Below are positions 1 through 13,494 of a stretch of 64,000 bases of DNA, piece after piece. The stretch covers positions 55,304,001 to 55,368,000 of the forward strand of contig OX597832.1 in NCBI GenBank assembly GCA_951406725.2. Reading direction: 5' to 3'. The translations under genes and the position numbers were made by a program. This stretch comes from Octopus vulgaris (lineage: Eukaryota). Every line of letters starts with the position of its first letter. Positions within the stretch are counted from its first letter, which is position 1. The notes below the pieces were generated by a model. That model was not told the DNA's origin, did no database searches, and saw only the letters and a list, made by a program, of their open reading frames with translations.

Positions 1-1107
1 CTGACACCATCCCACGCAGGAATAATGGCTGGCTATTCTACAAAGCATGTCATACAGGGTACTTTAAGCATTTTTTTTTATTTATGCGTCCTTTTGAAGC
101 CCAGCCAGGCTCAAGGGCTCGGTTTCCCGGTTTCTGTGGCGTATGTCCCCCCCCCCTGCTGGACGGGACGCCAGTCCATCGCAGCGTTACTCAAGAAGCA
201 AGAAGAAAGAGTGAGAGAAAGTTGGGGCGAAAGAGTACAACGAGGGTCGCCACCACCCCCTGCCGGAGCCTCGTGGAGCTTTTAGGTGTTTTCGCTCAAT
301 AAACACTCACAACGCCCGGTCTGGGAACTGAAACCGCGAGTCCGCTGCCCTAACCACTGGGCCATTGCACCTCCACACTTTAAACATAGATACACAATAT
401 ATTGGTTTCACATTTTGGCACAAGGCCAGCAATATCTGGGAAGGTAGTGAATCAGTTACGTCAATCTCGGTGCTCGATTGGTGTTTATTTATCGACCGTG
501 AATGGATGAAAGTCAAAGACGACCTCTGCGAAACCTGAAACCAATATATTGTGTATCATCGAGCGAAAACGCTCTGTGGTTCCTTCGTTATTTCGCACGA
601 AGCGGCGTAGTTAAAAAATAACCAACCCATTTACTCTTGTTTCGAGTCTTTCCTAAATACATGAAAAGCTTACCTTGTGATTTGACACACCTATTTCCTG
701 CTCTTGGCCTAATTAACGCAACTATAATTATATCTAATATAATTATGTATTGTCAAGTCCTGCTGAGGTTTCGAAAACGCCTGTATAAACAGAAGATACT
801 GAACACTACATTTTTATCTACATTCCGTTAAGCAGTTTACATCCTCGCACACATCTTGTCTCACGGCGTGTGTGTGTATGTGTATGTATATATATATATA
901 TATATATATGCAACTTTTCTACTAAAGGCACAGGGCCTGAAATTATGGGGGTGGGGACTAGCGGATTACATCAACCCTAGTGTTTCATTGGTACTTAATT
1001 TACCCCGAAAGGATGAAAGTTTAAACTCAGAACATAGCGACGGGCGAAAAACCGCTAAGCATTTCGCCCGGCGTGCTAAAGATACTGCCAGCTCGCCGCC
1101 TTACGGA

Positions 1108-1145
<38 letters not shown>

Positions 1146-1386
1146 GTATATATATCTTCTCGTGACCGACCAGACCATCAGATGTTGTTACACATCGCTG
1201 GTCACAATGCGTTCGCATTGTTTTAGCCTTCGAATGACGCCACCCCGCTGGCTGAGCGAGCAGGCCAATATATATATATATATATATATATCATCATCAT
1301 CATCATGATATATATATATATATATATTGGCCTGCTCGCTCAGCCAGCGGGGTGGCGTCATTCGAAGGCTAAAACAATGCGAACGC

Positions 1387-1423
<37 letters not shown>

Positions 1424-1429
1424 CGTCAT

Positions 1430-1810
1430 GTGACTCAGTACATCTATGCATCTTACGTCACAGCACTTTTCTTATACACTGTGTGTCGCAGTGGTTCAAT
1501 CTCTCGCATCGTGTGTTTCATTGCATGTATCACACCATGTGTTACACTGCGTTGTGTCTTAAGTATTTCACTCGCCGCTGTGTCACAGCACTTCTACAAA
1601 CCGTGTATCATACCGACCTTCTACACACAGTGTGTCATGAGTATTTCACTCACTGCCGTGTCACAACACTCCTACACATGGTATTTTTCCCTCACTGCCG
1701 TGTCACGGCACTCCAGCGCTTCAACACCTCGTGCGTCATAAATATTTCCCTCACTAGCGTGTCACAACACTTCTATACACCGTGTGTCACGTTGAATCTA
1801 CACATCGTTT
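1430..1810. repeat. Degenerate minisatellite (gtgtcacagcacttctacacacc / gtgtcatgagtatttcactcactgcc units)
   Basis: More than 10 recurrences of (c/t)gtgtca-type cores spaced about 22-28 bp apart. Confidence 0.75.
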
Positions 1811-1945
1811 AGTATGTCGCATCTGCACGCCGTGTTTACGACCTCGTTACTTAGCGTTCCGGCAAAAGAAACCGATTGGAATACATATATACATATATAT
1901 ATTTATACATACATAGATACATTATATATACATATACACACACAC

Positions 1946-1983
<38 letters not shown>

Positions 1984-3173
1984 ACATACAGTGGGGCGCA
2001 CTGGCCCAGTGGTTAGGGCAGCGGACACGCGGTAGTGGGATCGCGGTTTCGATTCCTAGACCGGGCGTTGTGAGTGTTTATTGACCTAAAACTCCACGAC
2101 GACCACAACTTGCTTCTTGTTTCTGTTGTACATATAATTCAAAGGGGCCAGCCTTGTCACACATTGTGTCACGCTGAATATCCCCCGAGAACTACGTTAG
2201 GGGTACACATGTCCGTGGAGTGCTCAACCACTTGCACCTTAATTTCACCAGCAAGCTGTTCCGTGATCGGATCAACTGGAACCCTCGTCGTCGTAACCGA
2301 CGGAGTGCAACGATATGTCTCTTTTACTTGTTTCAGTCATTTGACTGCGGCCATGCTGGAGCACCGCCTTTAGTCAGGCAAATCGACCACAGGACTTATT
2401 CTTTGTAAGCCTTGTACTTTATTCTATCGGTCTCTTTTGCCGAACCGGTAAGTGACGGGGACGTAAACACACCAGCATCGGTTGTCAAGCGATACCGGGG
2501 GGGGGGGACAAACACAGAGACACAAACATATACACACGCATACATACATACATATATATATATATAAATATACGACGGGCTTCTTTCAGTTTCTGTCTTA
2601 CCAAATCCACTCACAAGGTTTTGGTCGGTCCGAGGCTATAGTAGAAGACACTTGCCCAAGGTGCCACGAAGTGGGGCTGAACCCGGAACCGTGTGGTTGG
2701 AAAACAAGCTTGTTACTACATAGGCACGCCACAGACACGAGTGAGGGAACAGCAGTGTATGTGCGGTTAAAAAGCTATAGTAGAAGACACTTGCCCAAGA
2801 TGCCACGCAATGGGACTGAACCCGGAACCATGTGGTAAGCAAGCTACTTACCACACAGTCACTCCTGCGCCTATGTGTGTACATACATACATATATATAT
2901 ATATAAATATATGTTTTTGTGTGTAATATTCCGTTCTAATATTAATATCGTTGCTTTCATCTTTATTAGACTTTTGTTTATTAAGCACAAAGATTTTGAA
3001 GTCTCTCGTACCGGCGCCGCCGCCGTTGTTCTCGTCATCGCCATCTTCGTAGCTGTCATCACCGTCATCGTTTATTGTCATCATCTTGTTTAACAACCGA
3101 CATAGGTTAGACGGTTCTGAAATCATATATCCCACGTGACTTTCGACATGATGTTCTCTCCGCCACCTCAACT

Positions 3174-3472
3174 TCTTCGTCGTCTTCGTCTTTTTCTTCT
3201 TCGTCTTTTTCTTCGTCGTCTTTTTCTTCTTCGTCTTCTTCGACTTCTTCGTCTTTTTCTTCTTTTTCTTCGTCTTCTTTTTCTTCGTTTTCTTCTCTTC
3301 TTCTCTCTCTTTCTCTTCTCTTCCCTTTCTCTCTCTCTCTTTCTCTTCTCTCTCTCTCTTTCTCTTCTCTCTCTCTCTCTCTTCTCTTCTTCTCTCTCTC
3401 TCTCTTTCTCTTCTTCTCTCTTTCTCTTCTCTCCCCCCCTCTCTCTCTTTCTCTCTCTCACTCTCTCTCTCT
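3174..3472. repeat. (CTT)n/(CT)n compound microsatellite
   Basis: Direct reading; explains the K/R/E-rich ORFs. Confidence 0.95.
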
Positions 3473-5134
3473 GTTTTACATACAGCATTATACAAATCGA
3501 ATAGGCTGATCTCAGGTTGGGTGTATCCTATTACACATTAGACATGGGTCCGGTGAAGAAGCGGAGTCAGAAACGGGAGACAACTCCTCGTCAAAAGGTT
3601 CCATGCCGAGCGCCTTGTAACCCGACCTCCCGTCTTTTCATTCACTTCATTTCCTTGTTCGATCCGCCGCCTTCCTCCGTTCCCAAAGACCTCCGACTCA
3701 CTGACGTAAACTTCGTGTAACTCGACACCCAGTCGTGCAAATAGACCTGTCCACTTCCTTTTGGCAACGTCAAGACATATCTCGTTCTCCACCGAATAGC
3801 ATCTTTCGTCACCAACCCTCATCTCTCCTCTCTTCCTCTCACCACCACCACCCCCACCACTACTACCATCGCCACCGCTGCCACCACCACCACCTTTGAA
3901 TTACATACTTGCACGCTATTTGACCTCACTCTTTCGTTCTCCGTCTTGTTTATTACATTTCGTAGCCGCTGTTTCGTATCCAAATCGTGTATCGTGTAAT
4001 GGAGGTTTTGAATCCCGTGTGTTCCGGGTCGATAGTTTATCTTTTAATTGCTTCAATCATTTGACTGCGGCCGTGCTGGAGCACCACCCTGAAATTTTTT
4101 TTTTTTAGTCGAATAAATCGATCCCGGTACTTGTTTTTATTTTTTTTTTACAAGCCTCTGAGTTACGGGGGACGTAAACATATCAACATCGGTTGTCAAG
4201 TAGTGAGGGTGGTAGTGATGGTGGTGGTAGTGGTGACAAATACACACACACACACACACACATACGACGAGTTTCTTTCAGCTTCCGTCTACCAAATCCA
4301 CTCGCAAGGTGTCACGCAGTGGGACTGAACTCGGAACCATGTGGTTGAAAAGCAAACTTCTTTACGACACAGCCACACCTGCACCTTTAGTATACTCTTC
4401 TACTCTTTCATTCGTTTCAGTCATTTGACTGCGGCCATGCTGGAGCACCGCCTTTAGTCGAACAAATCAACCCCTAGAACTTACTCTTTGTAAGCCTAGT
4501 ACTTATTCTATCGGGCACCTTTTGCCGAACCGCTAAGTTACGGGGGCGTACATACACTAGCATCGGTTGTCAAGTGATGGTGGGGAGACAAACATATATA
4601 TATATATATATATTCAATGGGCTTCTTTCAGTTTCCGTCTACCAAATCCACTCACAAGGCTTTGATCAGCCCATGGCTATAGTAGAAGACACTTGCCCAA
4701 GGTGCACGCTGCACTTGCCTCTATCCCTTGTGTTGCCTTATTGACTGCAACGGGAAATTGTAACTACGATGAGTGAAGTAAAATGCCATAATCGTGACTC
4801 GAACTCGCCTTTCTCTGCTTCGCTTGTAGCTAACTTCGACTCTAACGGCGCTCGTATCTGTTCTTCCCTTTCGCACCCACAAAAATATATTAACTGGTAG
4901 TATTTTGAACTTATTTTATTTTCTATATCTTTTGTATTAGAATATCCAGACACTATTTCATAATCTTGTATGAGGGATGGAATCTTGCATGGGGAATGGA
5001 AAAGGTGATGTTCATGCCCTTCCGAAGGCATTAATAGATGCGTAAATAAAATGAAATAACTTCAACGTGTTGAGTGCCTTGTTATGATTTAATCTCATTA
5101 GATTAGCATTAAATTTTTACCGCGTTTTCCAGCA

Positions 5135-5558
5135 TACACATCGACATCGTACCGTAAATATATTTAGAGCCTGGTGCAGCCATCTGATTCGCCAGACCTC
5201 AGTCAAATCGTCCAACCCATGCTAGCATGGAAAGCGGGCGTTAAACGATGATGATTGATATAAAATCTCTTATTTCTAAGCGATTGATCAAAAGATGAAT
5301 GCGTTATTTGTCTGTTCAAATAGAATTTATTTCAATTTTCCTCTCACAATCTCTCTACACATCGACATCGTACCGTAAATATATTTAGAGCCTGGTGCAG
5401 CCATCTGATTCGCCAGACCTCAGTCAAATTGTCCAACCCATGCTAGCACATGATGATTGATATAAAATCTCTTATTTCTAAGCGATCGATCAAAAGATGA
5501 ATGCGTTATTTATCTGTTCAGATAGAATTTATTTCAATTTTCCTCTCACAATCTCTCT
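5135..5558. repeat. Local tandem duplication (~221-bp unit; second copy with ~18-bp deletion)
   Basis: tacacatcgacatcgtaccgtaaatatatttagagcctgg starts at 5135 and 5356; both units end ctctcacaatctctct. Confidence 0.9.
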
Positions 5559-8500
5559 TTTCTGTAAAGGTTATTTTCTGGGACGCAGATTCTTTTTTAG
5601 CACTAAGAATATCTAACAAGCTGTTCTGCTAATTTAATCTCTGGCCAGCCAGATTCCGCAGACTGATGTTGATGCTTAGCTGAGTAAACGTACCAAGATC
5701 AGATGGTATTGCTCAAAAGGTTCCATGCTGAGCACGTAACCCAGACTCTCTTCTTTTCACTCATTTCGTTTTCCTTATTTTGATACATCCTGCCATTCCT
5801 ACGTTCTCTCACTCACTGACGTAAATTTCGCGAATGGTAATTTTTACGGTTCCGTGTGTGACACTTTGATTCCTGCTAACCTCGCCAAAATATTACTTTA
5901 CAAGAAGAGCTAGATGGGAGCGGTGGCGATGGTGGTTGTGGTGTGTATGGAGGAGGTGGGGGGGCTATATTAAATTTCAAACAGCGACCACGAAATGTCG
6001 TAAACAAGACGGAGAAAGAAAAATCGTGTGACTGAAATTGAGACGAGACCATAATCCTATGTTAAAATCCTTTTTTACACGCCCTTAATATTTGGTGTTT
6101 AATGTTGCAACTGCCTTGTAACAGTGGACATAGTGTTGCGCCGCTGTATTTATGAACAAAATATTTTAAAGCGCAGGAGTGGCTGTGTGGTAAGTAGCTC
6201 GCTAACCAACCACATGGTTCCGGGTTCGGTCCCACTGCGTGGCATCTTGGGCAAGTGTCTTCTGCTATAGCCCCCGGGCCGACCAATGCCTTGTGAGTGG
6301 ATTTGGTAGACGGAAACTGAAAGAAGCCTGTCGTATATATGTATATATATATGTGTGTGTGTGTGTCCGTGTTTGTCCCCCTAGCATTGGTTGACAACCG
6401 ATACTGGTGTGTTTACGTCCCCGTCACATAGCGGTTCGGCAAAAGAGACCGATAGAATAAGTACTGGGCTTACAAAGAATAAGTCCCGGGGTCGATTTGC
6501 TCGACTAAAGGCGGTGCTCCTTATGTTCCGAGTTAAAAAGCTGCCGGAGTCGGCTTTGCCTTTTATCCTCTCGGGGTCCATAAAATAGGTACCAGTTGAT
6601 CACTGGGGGGTCAATGTAATCAATTTATCATCCCCTTCTCCGAAATTGCAGGCCTTGTGTCAAAATTTAAAACCATCATTATCACCATCATCTTCTCCGT
6701 ACTTGTTTTTCTTTTCATTATAAAATAAGCGGATATTAATAACATTAGTTTTTTTGTTTTTTTTTTAACGATTGCAAGAAGGAAACGGAGACAAGGTCGG
6801 AGATTTGTCTTCCCACTATGTTTATATAAAAATGTGATGGATTAAGAGAGAGAGAGACCGAGATGGTGGAGACGGGGTCGATAAAACTGCTGGTTGGTAC
6901 GTGCGGTGGCAGCGGTGTTGATGGTGTTTGGCGGCGGTTCACCGTTCTCTTCTGCTCGCTTCTTGAATGCAATGATTCGGGTTGTATGTGTGTGTGTGTG
7001 TGTATGTTTGGAAGAAGGCAGGGTTTTGGCTAGGTTGGTAGACACACTTTTAAAATACGTGCAAAATGAATATGGGAGCGTTTGTGTGTGCATGGGTTTG
7101 TGTGGAGAGATATATACTAAACGATTCCATCTGCTGAAAAGATCTTCCTTCCTTATTCACTTCGTGTCGTCTGCTCTCTCTCTTTCTCTATCTGTCTTTC
7201 GTTTCCCCTCCATACTCTTCGCCCTCCCTCAGGTATACCGTTTCTTTTTTCTTTTTCTCTTCCCTCTTTAAACAAATAATTCCTTTTGCTCTATATATCC
7301 TCTCTTCTTTTCTTTTTTTTTCCTCCCCTCTCACCCACCACGTCATTCCCTCCACTTACTCTTCAAATAGCCTTGACATTCTCCGGCAATTTTCGGCCTG
7401 ATCGCTCGTTCATCAGACGAGGAAGGAGGCCAACAAAAAAATAAAATAAAAATTAATGAATAAATAAATAAACCAAACAACTAAAACAGCCGAAGAAAAA
7501 AAGGAAAGAAAGAAAGAAACAATAAGAAAAAAAGCCGAAGGAAAAAAAATAACAAAACAAAAATGACTGAAGTGGAAAAAAATAGAGCAGCAGCAACAGC
7601 GGCAGCAGCAGCAGCCTATAAAATAGAGAATAAAAACAACAATAAGAATAACAATAACATAATCCTAAAACCTCATAATGAAACGGCAAGAAGAGATAAG
7701 AAACAAGTTGTAAATATAACAAGCGGCAGGCGAGGGTGGAGGGAGGAAGAGCTTTCGTTAGCAGCAGCAGCAGCGGCAGTAGAGCTGTCTGTTCGTCAGG
7801 CGTTAGTTCCATCAGACAAACAACCTCCCTCTGTTGTTACTTTAAGCATTTTTTTTTTATATATATTATTTCTAATTCAACTCAGTTATATAATTACTTG
7901 CAGTTTTTTTTTTTGGCGTATTTTTGCTCTTTCTTTTTTTGTTGTTGTTGCCATATTTTCTTTCGGTCATATTTTTTTTATCTTTGCTGCTGCTGCTTTG
8001 TTATTTTTTTATGCTTTTTTTTTTTTTCGTTGTGGCTGTCTATTCTTAGTTTTCGTATTTCTCTCCCCCCCCACGACCACCACCATCATCGCCCCGACTT
8101 TCTACAATTTCTGTGTTTATTATTCAATAAACTATATCACTATTTCACAGCTTCAATTTCTCATCGCAGTTATATACTTAACGAAAGCTCACACACACAC
8201 ACACACACATATATATATTTATACATACGAACATACTTACACACATGCTTATTTGCATATGTGTGTGTGTGAGTGTATATTAATGTTACGTTTCGTTTTT
8301 TTTTTCATATATCTTTATTCTGAATTATTTTATTCATTTATAATTTTTTAGTTTCGTTACTGCAGTTATTAACCGGGAGCCAAGTTGAAATTACATATAT
8401 ATATATACATATATATACATACATAAATACATAAATATATATATATATATACACATAAATACATATACATACATATATATACATACATAAATACATATAT

Positions 8501-8845
8501 ATATATACATACATATATATATATACATACATAAATACATGTGTATATATATATATGCGCTAAATACGCACATTCACGCGCATACACACACTTTATGAGT
8601 CTCTTCGGTATTCTTTTTCTTTCGTTTTTCTTAATGTCTTCCGAACATTTCTGTGTTGTGAGGTGGGGGTTAGATGGTGGGGAGGTGACGGGCTGACAGT
8701 TCTAAGCATACGTTCCTACTTTTGCATTCGCGTATAAAACGCATATAAACATACATACATACATGCATACATCGTACGTTCTAATACACTTATTATAAAT
8801 ACTGATAAAGAAAAAATGTAGGCGAGATGACTAACGTACATCATG

Positions 8846-8885
<40 letters not shown>

Positions 8886-8982
8886 GCATACATACATATC
8901 TAAGCATTCTTGGTGGAATATAGTCTAAATACGTCACAAATATGTTCATCAGGGCATCTTCATTAATATTTTATCTCTCTCG

Positions 8983-8999
8983 TGTATATATATACAGAC

Positions 9000-9031
<32 letters not shown>

Positions 9032-9151
9032 GCACACACATATATATACACATATATATGTATACATGTATATATATATGCACACATATATATATATATA
9101 TGCACACATATATATATATATATACATGTATATATATATGCACACATATAT

Positions 9152-9196
<45 letters not shown>

Positions 9197-9203
9197 TATA
9201 TAT

Positions 9204-9246
<43 letters not shown>

Positions 9247-9305
9247 TATATATTGCACACACACACACACATACACACATATATATATATATATATATGC
9301 ATATA
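8983..9305. repeat. (TA)n/(CA)n compound micro/minisatellite
   Basis: Direct reading. Confidence 0.95.
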
Positions 9306-9422
9306 CCCATCGATCTTGGTCTATATCTAGCTACCTACCTGTCTATCAATCTATCTCTCTATCTGCCTTTCTCTCTATCAGTCTCTAACCAACCCCCACT
9401 GCGTGTCTGCCTCTGTGTGTGC

Positions 9423-9468
<46 letters not shown>

Positions 9469-11080
9469 CCCCCTCTATTCTGACGGTATTATTCAACAGC
9501 TGCATATTTATGTTTTGCTGGCTTTCGTGTAAAAATAACATTTATTCTAAATCTGTTGTATTCTCTCAATAAGAGTGTATATGCATATATATGCGTGTGT
9601 GTATGTGTGGCTGTGTACGAATACGTGTGTGTGTGTGTGTGTGTATTGAATATTTTCGCTAATTCGTTCGTCTAATAAGATAATTCGCAGTGTAACTACG
9701 AAGTAACCGGTTCACTTAAATACCACGATATTCGCTCACATTATTTGCGAAGTTCTTTATTGACTTGTCCTAGTTTGAGCCCGGCAGCAATCGTTTTTTG
9801 CTTTCTAAACAGTTCGTAAGTGCATATTCCATTTTTGTTGAGGTTTTTTTTTTTTCTTTTACGTTTTTTTTTCGAGCCGTCAACGACTTAACAAATTCCC
9901 TTTTCTCTAAACCCGACCGCTGACGAAATTTTCTTACTACAACTTAATTTTGATGTGGTTGACTGCTGCCATTATTAAAACAGCGATGTTTTCAGACATG
10001 TCGTCTGGCGGTAGGTATCAGATCGTCTGTAACTAGGTTTCTGTTTCTGGGTTAGGTTTAAGGAAATTTAATAGCTCTTCGCTCCGTGTTTTTCTTTCTT
10101 ATTCTTATTGAGTATTTATTTTTCTTTACGTTTATTCGTTTACGTAATGACAATAATAATGTAATTCTCTAACTATATAACTGCGGAATGTTTCTTCGCT
10201 TGAAATATTAATAGGTCTATATTATAACGATTTCAAAAGATGGCACAAAGCCAGCAACTTTGGATCTTTTCGGTTTCAACGGCAGTTTTTTCTAGCGGTG
10301 TCATATGAAATTGTCACCCATAATTATGACCATAATATCGATCTATTGCATGTCAATCTGTTTTAGGGTTAGAGGTGGGGGGGAGGGTATCTTTTTCTTC
10401 AGAAATGTAAATAAACCCAATCTGTTTCTTAAACGAGGGACATATTCATACGGCACAGAATGTTTTCACCTCAATAGTCGTCATTGATTGGTTGCACTGA
10501 TGCCCCAGCATGGCTGCAAATCAATGACTGAAACAAGTGAAAGGTAAAGTACGTATGTTGTATATGTGTGTGTGAATACATGTAAACCAGTTTCGGCTTT
10601 CTGTCTGCTGCCGTTTCACTCCAGGAACCTAAGATGAATTTAGTACTGTTACTGTAATCCAACCGACGTCTAAATCGAGTACAGTTGTTACTATGGTTAC
10701 ATATAAAGTACATTACTCTATGCTGATGATACAGGGCCAGGAAATGTAATCCGTCGAATGCCGAAACTTGGATGAGATGTAATATAGTCCATCTCTCTCT
10801 CTCTCTCTCATATATATATGGTGTATACTTGTTTTGCTATATATATATATGTACGAGGTGTAATGTAGTCTACGTGCAGCGTACATTGCTAATTTGTTTA
10901 TGGCGTATAGCGTTACGGTTATCTCGATGTGTCTCGTGAAGCCGAGAATGTCTGCGAATCCCTCAGAAGACCTCGCCTTAAGATTGAGTTACTTCGGAGA
11001 GGATAAGCCTTGTCGAAACCGTCTCCATCAAAGCTTTTTTGGCGACGGCCGTATTTTCATTTGTTGGTTGGTACGATAGG

Positions 11081-11505
11081 CTCCTTCCTTCCTTTCCTTT
11101 CCTTTCTTTCTTCCTTTCTTTCTTCCTTTCTTTCTTTCTTTATCTCGAACTTCCCCTTTCTTCGTTCCTTCCTTTCTTCCCTTATCTCTCCTCCTCTCTT
11201 TGTTTCTTTCTTTCTTCCTCCTTTTTCTTTATCTCTTTTCCTTTATTTCTTTCTTTATATCCCCCCCTTTTCTTCCTTTCTCTCTCCTCTCTTTCTTTAT
11301 ATATCTCTCCCCCCTTTCTTTCTTCCTTCCTTTCATTCTTTCTTTATCTCGATCTCTCCCTTTCTTCGTTCTCTCCTTTCTTCCCTTATCTCTCCCACTC
11401 TCTTTCTTTCTTTCTCCTTTTCTTTATCTCTTTTCCTTTATTTATCTCTTTATGTATCTCCCCCCTCCCTTTCTTTCTTTCGTTCTTTCCTTCATTCCTT
11501 CCTTC
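11081..11505. repeat. ~420-bp polypyrimidine tract with an internal ~205-bp imperfect duplication
   Basis: tttctttatctcga..ccctttcttcgtt..ttcttcccttatctctcc occurs twice. Confidence 0.85.
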
Positions 11506-11974
11506 GAGGGCAAAACAAGAAGCAGTTTTCTTTCAATTCCTTTCGCAAGAACATTAGCTGTGCGGGAAGAGAATGGGTGATTGCCATGTCTGGAAAGCGA
11601 AACTAGTTCACAATTTCTAATGGTGCTTAAGTAAGGCAAAAAAGACATTTGTTTGCAAAACAAATATTGGAAACAAAGACAGGCATATTCTTGTTCTCTC
11701 TCTCTCACTCTCACAGTTCTTGCCAGTGGCTGTGGTCATGTTGGAGCTACTGGCATTGATAAAAAGTTTGTGTTGTGTTTGTTTCCACCTCCCACAGCTT
11801 CACAACCGGTCTTGGTTTGTTTACGTTTCCGTAAATTAGCAGTTGCCCCAAAAGAGAACTGATAGCACGAGTACCAAACTTTTAAAAAGAGCTTAAGTGC
11901 TGGTGACGATTTGTTCGATTTAACCCTTCAAGAAGAAAACAGTATAAATATATCCAAAATTATCGTTCTCTTTA

Positions 11975-12248
11975 TTGGAAGTCACTTGACCCTGTTATCT
12001 CCCCTACTGTCCTTCTCGCGTCTGACCACTGTCCGAAGTCAGGACGCCATGATAGATCGTTAGCTCCTACACACATTTTTTTCTCTCCTTGTTTTTTTCT
12101 CTCCTTGTTTTTTTTCTGTGTATCTTTCTGTCGAAGAGCGTAGGCTCGAAACGTAAAAGACTTTTTCTATTCCTGAGCGCTATACTAATACATTTGTTTG
12201 TTTGTACTCCACCTGCCTTCGTCTTTTGTTTATTTTCGTAAACTTTCC

Positions 12249-12253
<5 letters not shown>
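11975..12253 (+). mobile_element. Penelope-like/retrozyme-like terminal fragment with hammerhead-like motif, copy 1
   Basis: About 275 bp nearly identical to 58679-58948 and, over its 3' part, to 52380-52536. All three run directly into (TA)n. Motif at 12123-12160. Confidence 0.65.
12123..12160 (+). ncRNA. Putative minimal type-I hammerhead ribozyme (non-canonical core)
   Basis: tcttt CTGTCGA A gagc gtag gctc GAAA cg TA aaaga: stem I tcttt/aaaga, stem II gagc/gctc, palindromic ACGT stem III, GUA cleavage triplet. Activity untested. Confidence 0.55.
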
Positions 12254-12303
<50 letters not shown>

Positions 12304-12953
12304 TGCATGATAACAAATCGAAGATATTTAGGTCGCCACATTTTCATTTTATTTGTGCCGTCTACCAACGCTCCACGCCTATTACTCCCTACCTCCTACC
12401 TTACGTACACCCACCCACACACCGCACCGTCCGATTTCCTTTTAATACAAGAAGAACAAGGGCACTAGCTTTAGTCACGAGGTTGTACGTAATACGAAAT
12501 ATTCCGTTGGGTGAAGCGAAAGTTTAAAATATAAAATTTGAAAGAAGGAAAAAAAAAAGTAATTTAAGCGATAAATAAAAGTCAAATTTTATTCATTTAT
12601 TTGTTATTCTTGCTGTTCCTCCTGTTGTTGTTGCTGTCCTTGTTGTTGTTGTTGTTGCTGCTGCTATTCAATGCTCATATAATTTTCCCTCTTGTACATC
12701 TCTCGGGACATGGCGAATGAATTATTTCTGTCGTGAGGCGCCGTTCGTTGGTCGTTCTACTTCTGCAGATAACGATTATAGCAATCCTGCAGCTTATCAT
12801 GGTGAAACAAGTACAGTCAGTCTCCGATAGTGTGTGTATGTGTGTATATATAGATATAGATATGTGGTGTGTAATATATATATATATATATATCCTACTT
12901 CGAATGTGTTAGTGTGTGCGAGGCCGTTTCCCCCTGCCTGAGTGCTGATAAAT

Positions 12954-13015
<62 letters not shown>

Positions 13016-13494
13016 CGTTATTTGTTGTAAGCTTCTCTACAGAACTAGTGCACTGTTTTCATATCGTATAGAGATCGTTAAATTTCCTTTCACCAAGCCT
13101 TTTTTTTTTAATGTCTTCTGCACCCTCAGAAACCTTTGCTGCTTTCACTGATATTTATTGCCTGTTCAAGCAACTCTGGTGGGCAATTCTGCCCATTAAC
13201 TTCAACACAAATCTGATAGTTTACTCTTTAACGAGTGCAAATTCACCCTGTCAGCTAATTTTAAATTCGCCATTACTTGAAATGCTAAGAGAAACTTTCA
13301 GATAACTTTTATCGCTTTCTCTTTGTCTTCACTTCTTGTCGTGTATGGTATACGAAGATAGAAATGCCGATATCATAGTGTGGTGTACCAAAAATGTTAG
13401 AAGAGCGGGGTGTGTTCGAATGGTGCACCTCAGTTATCAAGAACAAGAAGTAAAGATCTGATTTACCCCTTGACGTTTCCAATTATCTAATAGT

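Noticed and set aside
2848-3504. Lys/Arg/Glu-rich, protamine-like ORFs
   Set aside because: Entirely explained by the (CTT)n/(CT)n tract.
4738-5031. 97-aa complex-sequence ORF on the minus strand
   Set aside because: No motif I recognise and no splice context; this length is expected by chance.
7372-7425. Minus-strand CTGATGA...GAAA resembling a hammerhead
   Set aside because: Stem II (acgagcgatcaggcc) does not pair and stem III is mismatched next to the core.
7563-8351. 262-aa ORF with poly-Ala/Asn and hydrophobic stretches
   Set aside because: Low-complexity (GCA)n, (AAC)n and T-rich sequence with no recognisable homology or convincing splice sites.
12769-12830. Possible small upstream BCOR exon after ttctgcag (DNDYSNPAAYH..)
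   Set aside because: No recognisable homology, only a weak donor, and no transcript evidence available.
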